This document shows positions 12,431 through 21,824 of a stretch of DNA of 64,000 nucleotides, one piece after another. The position numbers and the translations under genes are program-made. The notes under the pieces were generated by a model. It did not search any database. It saw only the letters and a program-made list of their open reading frames with translations, and was not told the DNA's origin. The DNA is from Macrostomum hystrix (Eukaryota > Animalia > Platyhelminthes): contig CATNEN010000038.1 of assembly GCA_950097015.1 (NCBI GenBank), positions 11,594,001 through 11,658,000 on the forward strand. Direction: 5' to 3'. Position 1 is the first letter of the stretch. Each line of letters starts with the position of its first letter.

Positions 12431-13036
12431 CATAAAAGCGGCAGCTCTGCAGCTGCCCAGAACTCTTCTCCAAGCAGAGAGAGCGCACGGCCCAGTAGGA
12501 GCTGCTTCCGTTAGTCGGCCGACATCATGACTGACTGGAAGTGGGTCCTTTCAAAGAATAAGCAATACCCCTGTTTCATTGACAACCGCTTACTTCGTTT
12601 ATGCTGCGGCTTTCAAGTCCGCGGCGTTACCAATTTCCATCTGGAGCCTCTCGCTTCGGTTCCGGAGGGCGCCAACGCACGGACACCAGCGACCCCGCAA
12701 TCACACCGTCAGGTGTGCTCAGGGGTGTCCTGTTGGCTGCTCTCTGGGACCACAGCTGCTGCTGCCGCCCGCTCGGGCTGCCTCGAGAGACTCCCGATCG
12801 ATATATCGATCGAGCTCGGTGACTCTCGGGCCAGCTCGGCGGTCTCCGTCCGTCACCGCACGGGACTCGCAGAGCGCGGCAGCTGTGGAACCAGACCACT
12901 CGACTGCTCCCTCCGGAGCCGAGGCGAGACTCCAGCCCCACCCCACTCCCTCTGAGCTGTCAATGAATCAGGGGCACCGCTTGTTCTCTTGAAAGGATTC
13001 CGGTGCAGGAGAAACGAATGAAATTAATCAAATAAA
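12431..13036 (+). ncRNA. Putative long structured hairpin-RNA gene, copy 2
   Basis: CATAAAAG at 12431; nested stems 12546-12584/12958-12997, 12641-12669/12909-12935 and 12744-12762/12876-12894; central palindrome CGATCGATATATCGATCG at 12795-12812; AATAAA at 13031. Confidence 0.55.
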
Positions 13037-13084
13037 GCAATACTCTTCTGCGACAGCTCTCATCCGCCTCACCTCTGCCTACCT

Positions 13085-13690
13085 TTATCTCTCCCCTGTC
13101 GGATCTTTTCCCGTTTCCCATCTCCCCGGTGTCTCATCTCTCCACTGTATCATCTCTCTGCTGCCTCATCTCTCCCCTGTTCATCTCTCCCCTGTATCAT
13201 CATCTCCGCTGCCTCATCTGTCCTCTGTATCATCTCTCCACTGTTTTATCTCTCCCCTGTCTCATCTCCCCCTCTGTCTCATCTCTGCACTGACGCATCT
13301 CTCACCTGTCTTATCTCTCCTTGTCTTAGCCTCTCTTTTGTTTCATCCACTCTTGTCTCTCCATCTATAATCCAATCTCTCATCTATTTCGTGTCTTGTC
13401 TCTGAACTGTCTTATCTTATTTTTCTTATATTTTTCCCGTGCCTCATCTCTCCGGTGTTTCATCTCTCTTCTTTCTCTTTCTTATCTCTCTCAGGTCTCA
13501 TCCCGCCCCTATCATGTTTGTTACCTGTCTCAACTCTGCCAGATCTCACGTATACTGTATCTTCTCATTTTCCCTCTCTCTAATCTGACCCGTGATTTAA
13601 CACTCCCTTATCTCGTCTCTCCCCTATCTTATCTCTCCCCATTGTCTCATCTTATCCTGTATCTCACCTTGCTTAATCTCTCCCCCCGTT
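13085..13690. repeat. Degenerate CT-rich ~18-bp minisatellite
   Basis: CATCTCTCCCCTGTAT-like units; inverted counterpart at 15027-15260. Confidence 0.8.
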
Positions 13691-14040
13691 AATCAAATGT
13701 ACTGTTGTTGTTCTTTTGTATTTCTGGCCTACAATTCAAGGTCCGCTCTATATGCTTGCGAACTAAATAATGCTAGATAATTATGCTTGTGTGGCTCATT
13801 TTTAAGGTATTAGTCGCTTATTTACATTTACTCTACTTTCAGCAGTGCTTTAACAATGGTTAGTTGTCTATATGGTTTCAGAGTTCGCAACGAGTGGTTT
13901 TGAGCGTTGTCAATGATGAAACCATATAGACAATAGTATTGTCCTATTGATCAAGCCCACTCATAATGTGTGTGACAATTGTGCATTGTCACATATGTGG
14001 CAATGCATGTCTACTTTTTACCATAGACAACGTTGTATAG

Positions 14041-14650
14041 TTGTTCCCCTTCATAAAACTAGTCTGTGCCTTCGCTACTGATTATAAATTTGAGATTACA
14101 ACGATGATAAACTGGAGTCATTTGCCTGTTGACTCCCTTGATGGTGTGTCAACAACGCAACTGGAAGTGATAAGCGAATTGAGTCGTGAAGACCATAGTA
14201 AGGATAAAGAACTAGAGCGCTTTATCCAGTTCATCACCGACTTTAGCAAGAATGACGACAGCATCGCAGGATGAGGCTTAAAATGATACTACATGGACAG
14301 AAATTTGTGGACTACCTTAACTCTCTTGGTTACCCACTGGACGCTATACGTATTATGAGAGTAGAGATGCTGAACGAGTTTCTTCGTCTCTACTACTTCC
14401 GATTGGTGAAACCTGATGACAACATGTACTCTGCGTCAAGCCTCGTCTGTATCAGGGCTGGGATCCAGCGATTTTTTCGCTACATCGTGAAGCGAGAGGT
14501 CAACATCAACATCATCGACGCGCCTGAATTTGGCAGCGCGAATCGCATGCTTCGCATGAAAGTCCGTGACAAGCTTCAGGCAGAAGTGTGAAGCGATTCG
14601 AGCCAATCGAGGTGGCTGACCTCAAGAAGCTTTTTGAGTACTTTAATCGG
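14041..14650 (+). pseudogene. Degenerate Crypton-type (DUF3504/ZMYM-like) tyrosine-recombinase fragment
   Basis: LNEFLRLYYFRLVKPDDNMYSASSLVCIRAGIQRFF...EFGSANRML, then after a frameshift KRFEPIEVADLKKLFEYF. This resembles the Crypton N-terminal region. No catalytic R-H-R-Y portion is visible. Confidence 0.65.
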
Positions 14651-15026
14651 TTTGCGTACTTTTGTATTAGTATTTTTGCGTACTTTTACGCCAATACGCT
14701 GAAAAACGAATGAGCAGATCGTAGTCTACGGTCATAACATCAATGTCTGCGTGTGACAATAAGAAGCGTTGCTAGTAGGCTTGATCTATGTGACAATTTT
14801 ACTTGTAACTTTTTGTTTAATAAAAATAGTTCACAAAGTTGTTTTTACCGCGATAAATTTTCTAATTAACCAGTGATAATTTAATAAGAATTGTCATCTT
14901 ATTTTTCGACTAAAAATCTCTATCATATTTACCTAAGTCAGGAGTAAGCAACACTATTCGCTGAAAAAAACTGAATGAAAAGGATGGGATTCATTATTTA
15001 GATATAAGATGGAAGAGATTAGTCTT

Positions 15027-15260
15027 GGGAGAGATGATACAGGGGAGAGATGATACAGGGGAGAGATAATACAGGGTAGAGATAATACAGGGGAGAGATA
15101 ATACAGGGGAGAGATGATACAGGGGAGAGATGATACAGGGGAGAGATAATACAGGGGAGAGATAATACAGGGGAGAGATAATACAGGGGAGAGATAATAC
15201 AGGGGAGAGATAATACGGGGGAGAGATGATACAGGGGAGAGATGATACAGGGAAGAAATA
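15027..15260. repeat. 18-bp minisatellite GAGATAATACAGGGGAGA
   Basis: Direct tandem units. Confidence 0.9.
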
Positions 15261-15309
15261 ACGGAAGGCAGAGGTGAGACGGATGAGAGATGTCGCAGAA
15301 GAGTATTGC

Positions 15310-15904
15310 TTTATTTGATTAATTTCATTCGTTTCTCCTGCACCGGAATCCTTTCAAGAGAACAAGCGGTGCCCCTGATTCATTGACAGCTCAGAGGGAG
15401 TGGGGTGGGGCTGGAGTCTCGCCTCGGCTCCGGAGGGAGCAGTCGAGTGGTCTGGTTCCACAGCTGCCGCGCTCTGCGAGTCCCGTGCGGTGACGGACGG
15501 AGACCGCCGAGCTGGCCCGAGAGTCGCCGAGCTCGATCGATATATCGATCGGGAGTCTCTCGAGGCAGCCCGAGCGGGCGGCAGCAGCAGCTGTGGTCCC
15601 AGAGAGCAGCCAACAGGACACCCCTGAGCACACCTGACGGTGTGATTGCGGGGTCGCTGGTGTCCGTGCGTTGGCGCCCTCCGGAACCGAAGCGAGAGGC
15701 TCCAGATGGAAATTGGCAACGCCGCGGACTTGAAAGCCGCAGCATAAACGAAGTAAGCGGTTGCTATGGACACTTAATTCTTGAAAGGACCCACTTCCAG
15801 TCAGTCATGATGTCGGCCGACTAACGGAAGCAGCTCCTACTGGGCCGTGCGCTCTCTCTGCTTGGAGAAGAGTTCTGGGCAGCTGCAGAGCTGCCGCTTT
15901 TATG
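15310..15904 (-). ncRNA. Putative long structured hairpin-RNA gene, copy 3
   Basis: Reverse complement of the unit; 3' arm and flank as in copy 2, 5' arm as in copy 4; AATAAA (minus) at 15310-15315. Confidence 0.5.
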
Positions 15905-15930
15905 CAGTCGGCTGAGGTCCCTTGCTTGGT

Positions 15931-16468
15931 CTATTTTTAGGTCCATTCGTCAAGCAACTGTGACACATGTGCAGTTTGCCTCTGCACCCTTGTTTGCAGT
16001 GTTTCAAGCATTCTATATTTACTGCATTGCAAACCTCGGGTAGTGACGTCTTACGAAAGTGTTCTTATCAATTCTTGACGTTATTGAGCACTAATTTCGC
16101 GAAATGCAAGTGCAGTTAGTTTAAGTGCAATATCATTTTCTTCTCGACTCGCAATAATTTGATTGACAACTCAAATGTTAACGAATTCAATTTACAAAGC
16201 TTGCCTGACCTATTCATCAATGTTAAAGCATCTGAATTCAGTGCTTTATTGAATCATAATAATCGTAAAAATATTCATATATTGTAGGCAATAAGTTAAG
16301 CCGAACAAAACCGGTTCGGTTTTGAAAATCTGGCCCGGAAAATAATAGAAGCATTGCTAAGTTGATTAAGGAATTACCCATGATCTAAAAATAGATCATA
16401 GCTTTTGGCAAGCTAGGATTGCCGCATGGTGGTGCAATTCCCTCGGCGTCAGTTCAAGCTAAAAATAG
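15931..16468. promoter_or_regulatory. Putative bidirectional promoter with three MEF2 consensus sites (15931, 16385, 16459)
   Basis: CTATTTTTAG or CTAAAAATAG three times between divergent copies 3 and 4; the outer two start ~36 bp upstream of the CATAAAAG boxes. Confidence 0.5.
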
Positions 16469-16494
16469 ACCAAGCAAGGGACCTCAGCCGACTG

Positions 16495-17020
16495 CATAAA
16501 AGCGGCAGCTCTGCAGCTGCCCAGAACTCTTCTCCAAGCAGAGAGAGCGAACGGCCCAGTAGGAGCTGCTTCCGTTAGTCGGCCGACATCATGACTGACT
16601 GGAAGTGGGTCCTTTCAAGAATTAAGTGTCCATAGCAACCGCTTACTTCGTTTATGCTGCGGCTTTCAAGTCCGCGGCGTTGCCAATTTCCATCTGGAGC
16701 CTCTCGCTTCGGTTCCGGAGGGCGCCAACGCACGGACACCAGCGACCCCGCAATCACACCGTCAGGTGTGCTCAGGGGTGTCCTGTTGGCTGCTCTCTGG
16801 GACCACAGCTGCTCCTGCCGCCCGCTCGGGCTGCCTCGAGAGACTCCCGATCGATATATCGATCGAGCTCGGCGACTCTCGGGCCAGCTCGGCGGTCTCC
16901 GTCCGTCACCGCACGGGACTCGCAGAGCGCGGCAGCTGTGGAACCAGACCACTCGACTGCTCCCTCCGGAGCCGAGGCGAGACTCCAGCCCCACCCCACT
17001 CCCTCTGAGCTGTCGTGAGA
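16495..17020 (+). ncRNA. Putative long structured hairpin-RNA gene, copy 4 (3' arm truncated)
   Basis: Same promoter and core; 3' arm starts like copy 1 (CTGTCGTGAGA) and then diverges. Confidence 0.45.
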
Positions 17021-17420
17021 GGAAGGAAAATGGGCTCAGTCCAAAGTTGATGCCAACTTGCTTATTGTGCTGTACACTCATCTACTCTACCGCTTGAGTT
17101 GGTTCAAGCACTGCCGTTGTCTTACCTGCGATTTAGGCCCTTATGGAGCTTTATGCCGTGAGTTGATACTGTACAGCCTTTGTGTTTCAGTCTGTAGTTC
17201 ATATTATTACATCTTTTTAGTTAGAGAGTTGCTAAAAAACCTGGTGTAGATAGACCCCAATGACGGAATGCTGTGTACAGGCTGTTCAGTCCGTGGACTG
17301 GGGAGGTCGCCAAACCCTGGCCATTTATAGCTGGGCGAACTAAAAAACTAAAAAACGAGGGAATGACTCGTTAAATTACGAGCGCGTTCATAGCATATTT
17401 TTATATTGTGCAGAGATCTA

Positions 17421-18739
17421 CACTCAGCAACAGTCAAAAGTTGCACACCTATCGCGCCTAGTCAGAGATTACTTCTCGCTCACAATTTAACCCGCGAGTT
17501 ACGCAACTACGCCGCGAGGAGGGAGGGGTGATTGAATCAATAATAAGCGCCAGTCGCACAAAATCACAAGTCTATTTTTATGCAAAATGCAGTTAGAATC
17601 GCAATGCTTCATTCCGCGTGAAGGATCCCCTTGCACGCAGAAGAGCGGCGACTCTGCGGGGCATCCCCAAGATAAGGCGGCGCAGAAAGTCCTGGGGAAG
17701 TTGCTGCCAAGCGTTTGCAATGGCGTGACGCAGCTCCGCAACATTCTGTGTTACATTCTCTTTTCGAATGCTGCGCTTTAGAAAGTCCCAGACATGCTCG
17801 ATTGGATTCATGTCTGGGGACCGGGAAGGCCTGCGCAGAGTGCGGATCTGTAGCTGCTCTTTCACTAGACCAACAGCATCGGCTCGGTGTGGCGGCGCGT
17901 TATCATCCTGTTGCCAATGCAGTTGCCAACTCCTCCGAAAGCAGCGTCGGCAAACGGTAGGAACCGAGTCTGCAGAAGATCTGCGTAGCTACTAGCGTTC
18001 ACGTTGGCATCCAGGAAGATGATGTCCGTCCTTGAATATAGCGAGATGCCGGCCCAAACGTGCACTGAGGCAGCCTGGCTCTCAGCGCACTGTACACGCC
18101 GCTGCAGCATCTCCTGCCGCGGATCTCGCCAAACGCGGGTGCGACCGTCTGCTTGCAAAAGTCGGAACCGGCTCTCGTCAGTGAAAACAACGCGTCGCCA
18201 CTGCTGCTGCCTCCAGTGGACGCGCTGCATCGCCCACTGCTCTCGGCTGGCGATGTGGGCAGGACTGAGTCGAGGCCGCTTGCGCATCTTGCGAGAGCGG
18301 AGGCCGGCCTCCCGAATTCGACATCCAATTGTCTGGGCGCTCAGGATGCTTCCTGCTCTGCTTCTCTCACCCACATCAGACGGAGCAGGGTGGCTGGCAG
18401 GGTGGGAGTTCGTCTTACTATTCGCAGCAGACGGCAATTTGCTCGGCTGTTGAGCCACGGAGATCAAGGCGCTGACTGCCTTTCGCAGCGTGCTCCACGC
18501 TGCCAGTCTCACACCGCGACACACCGACTTCCAGCATTCCAACAGCACGCCATCGCTCAGCATTAGTAATTTGCCGGACCATTTTTGAAATCGTGTGTTT
18601 GTGTGGATTAGACTGAAAATTTTGACTCTTGAAGTTACACAGTTTTGTACCATTACACAGACCCAAGCCCCCCAAGTGACAATAAGTGAGAAAAATTCCA
18701 TCTCGCTTGGAGGGTGGAACTTTTGACTGTTGCTGAGTA
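17421..18739 (-). mobile_element. Tc1-family transposon with frameshifted transposase
   Basis: TIR CACTCAGCAACAGTCAAAAGTT with TA flanks; motifs MVRQITNAERWRAVGML, VVFTDESRF and SPDMNPIEHVWD split over three frames. Confidence 0.92.
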
Positions 18740-18827
18740 TATTGAAACAGTCGGCTAATTGCAAATCAGTCTCAAAGCAAATTGCTGAATGCTTCTTTCT
18801 TATTAGATGGGATTAATAAAAATCCTA

Positions 18828-19182
18828 ATAATTAATAATTGCAGGAGGGCTGCGGGCAATGGCACATCATTTAGTGACACTAGACCCGCAGCCAGCGAGG
18901 AGGCAATTCTGCCAATTTCGCTGACTCCTGAGCACACACGCACACAGATACCGTACGCAGGCACACGCTCACACAGGTGTGTACATCTGCCCTGACTTTC
19001 TCATCTTCAGGCAGTGTACATTTCACTGTGCCTTGGAGGTTGGCCCTCAAGGGCGTAAATTGCACGACAAGCCCCCAAGCCTTCTCTCCGCGGCTGCGCC
19101 CCAAATAAATGTGGCCTCGCCGTGGAATCGAAGTTAAGGACATTGGTGCGAGAGGCAAACGCGTTAACCGCTCTGCCACCGA
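18828..19182 (-). mobile_element. SINE family A, near full length
   Basis: tRNA-like head GTGGCAGAGCGGTTAACGCG...TTCGATTCC, family body and AT-rich tail. Confidence 0.8.
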
Positions 19183-19821
19183 CCCTCTTATTAGATGGGA
19201 TTATTTACGAACTATTAATAGTATTCGAGAGTAAGCTTCTAAATTTTTTTGGATTGTCTACATATTCAATCAGTATGTCATTGTATATTGTAGGTCATAA
19301 ACATGTTTTCATCAAGATTTAAGACTAATCCACAAAGATTGCCTGTTATCAGTTAATTAAATAATATCTAAAGCGACGTGGGTGATAAGAACTGGAGCTT
19401 CACACCTCGCAGGTGTTCTACATTTTGACGAAGTGATATTTCTCTGACATTTCTGGTCTATTAGTGGCTATATTTAGTGATGAATGAAATTTAATTACAT
19501 TATAAACTGATTAATAAGGTGGGCTGATAAAAATAGAACTCTTTTCTCATTTCAGGCTCTTTGATGAAAACCTATTTTTTCATCAAGCAAATAAACTTTG
19601 AGGATATCAGGATATCGAGTTGTCGATGAGTAGGTCAGATATTTTTAACACAACTGCCTTCCATGGCTTAGCTAAATCTCGTATGTGTGAAAATTTACCC
19701 AGACAAAAGATTGCTAAACAAGCGATAATGCAGGTATGTTCACTTGTTGGTTCTAGTGAGTTGAAATTCATGCGAAAATGAATGTTGAGACTCGTCAGCT
19801 TAAAAATGAGATTGATGAGAC

Positions 19822-20995
19822 GAGATCTGAGAGAGTGAGTGATGAGATCTGTGAGAGTGAGTGATGAGATCTGTGAGAGTGAGTGATGAGATCTGTGAGA
19901 GTGAGTGATGAGATCTGTGAGAGTGAGTGATGAGATCTGTGAGAGTGAGTGATGAGATCTGTGAGAGTGAGTGATGAGATCTGTGAGAGTGAGTGATGAG
20001 ATCTGTGAGAGTGATGAGATCTGTGAGAGTGAGTGATGAGATCTGTGAAAGTGAGTGATGAGATCTGTGAAAGTGAGTGATGAGATCTGTGAGAGTGAGT
20101 GATGAGATCTGTGTAAGTGAGTGATGAGATCTGTGAGAGTGAGTGATGAGATCTGTGAGAGTGAGTGATGAGATCTGTGAAAGTGAGTGATGAGATCTGT
20201 GAAAGTGAGTGATGAGATCTGTGAGAGTGAGTGATGAGATCTGTGAAAGTGAGTGATGAGATCTGTGAAAGTGAGTGATGAGATCTGTGAGAGTGAGTGA
20301 TGAGATCTGTGAGAGTGATGAAATCTGTGAGAGTGAGTGATGAGATCTGTGAAAGTGAGTGATGAGATCTGTGAAAGTGAGTGATGAGATCTGTGAGAGT
20401 GAGTGATGAGATCTGTGAGAGTGATGAAATCTGTGAGAGTGAGTGATGAGATCTTTGAAAGTGAGTGATGAGATCTTTGAAAGTGAGTGATGAGATCTGT
20501 GAGAGTGATGAGATCTGTGAGAGTGAGTGATGAGATCTGTGAAAGTGAGTGATGAGATCTGTGAAAGTGAGTGATGAGATCTGTGAGAGTGAGTGATGAG
20601 ATCTGTGAGAGTGATGAGATCTGTGAGAGTGAGTGATGAGATCTGTGAAAGTGAGTGATGAGATCTGTGAAAGTGAGTGATGAGATCTGTGAGAGTGAGT
20701 GATGAGATCTGTGAGAGTGATGAAATCTGTGAGAGTGAGTGATGAGATCTGTGAAAGTGAGTGATGAGATCTGTGAAAGTGAGTGATGAGATCTGTGAGA
20801 GTGAGTGATGAGATCTGTGAGAGTGATGAAATCTGTGAGAGTGAGTGATGAGATCTTTGAAAGTGAGTGATGAGATCTGTGAGAGTGAGTGATGAGATCT
20901 ATCAGAGTGAGTGATGAGATCTGTGAGAGTGATTAATGAGATCTATCAGAGTGATTGATGAGATCTATCAGAGTGAGTTATGAGATCCGTGTAAG
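19822..20995. repeat. 22-bp minisatellite GAGTGAGTGATGAGATCTGTGA
   Basis: Direct tandem units. Confidence 0.95.
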
Positions 20996-21573
20996 TGACT
21001 TCATGAGATTAGCCCAGAATTATATGACATAATTATCGACTAATTTCCCATCGTAGTGTTACTTAGTGAGTTGCAAAAAATTGTTTATTTGATTTAGAAA
21101 AACCTGTAAATTGCAACCATCATCTTAATTTTCATTCAAACTTTAACATCGCCTGCCTGCTCTCCAGCCTCAGCACAGGTAGCTCTCGGCGCTGATTTCA
21201 CTGTTTCATCGGGTTTCAAGTTGCAGTTCAGTTGCCACTCCCAGGACCAACGCCCCGTCATGAATCGGTTTACAATATCCAGGCCAAACAAGACGCGTGC
21301 TCTGCGGCAGGTAGCTGGCTTGAGCAGTCTAAGCCACCCCGCCTGTTTGAGTAGTCATGATTCTCATCTCCCGGATTCCTCCCATCAGCTAATTCCAACC
21401 AATCGGGTTGCGCCTCATTCCGCACAAACACTGTCGAGCTGTCAGTCGGTCCGTCTCAATCTCTTCTCTCTCTGTCTTGCCTTTTGGATTTACTCTCTGA
21501 TTTTCTTTGTCAATCCTGAATTTTCGAAAATACGAAACCAAGAATACAGACTAAGGCGTTAGCTGGCTTCTAG

Positions 21574-21792
21574 ATGGACACTAGCGATGGAGACGATGTC
21601 AACGGCGCTGTTGGCGGGGCCAACACGAAGCACACTGAGGTGCGGGCTCGCCTGCAGGACTTTCTGCTCAGCAGGCGCAGCCGGCAGCAGCATCCGTCAT
21701 CCTCTTCCGAGACATCTGACGGCGGAGGCAGCGGCTGCGGCGGCGAAGCCGGAGGAGGAGCCATAGCCGGCGGTGGCTGCGGTAGCGGTGGC

Positions 21793-21824
<32 letters not shown>

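Noticed and set aside
12541-12560. GGTCCTTTCAA resembles miR-133; the unit might be SRP RNA given SRP54 in the window
   Set aside because: The miR-133 seed does not match. No Alu-domain or helix-8 motifs are present, and the signals look Pol II-like.
12601-12627. GCGGCTTTCAAGTCCGC hairpin resembles a twister ribozyme P4 loop
   Set aside because: I could not find the matching pseudoknot partners or cleavage-site context, and no hammerhead core is present on either strand. An Infernal search would settle it.
12527-12955. 142-aa ORF in hairpin copy 2, and overlapping ORFs in all copies, as a protein-coding family
   Set aside because: The same ATG meets a stop after 12-14 codons in the other three copies. 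Open frames on both strands are expected for GC-rich self-complementary sequence.
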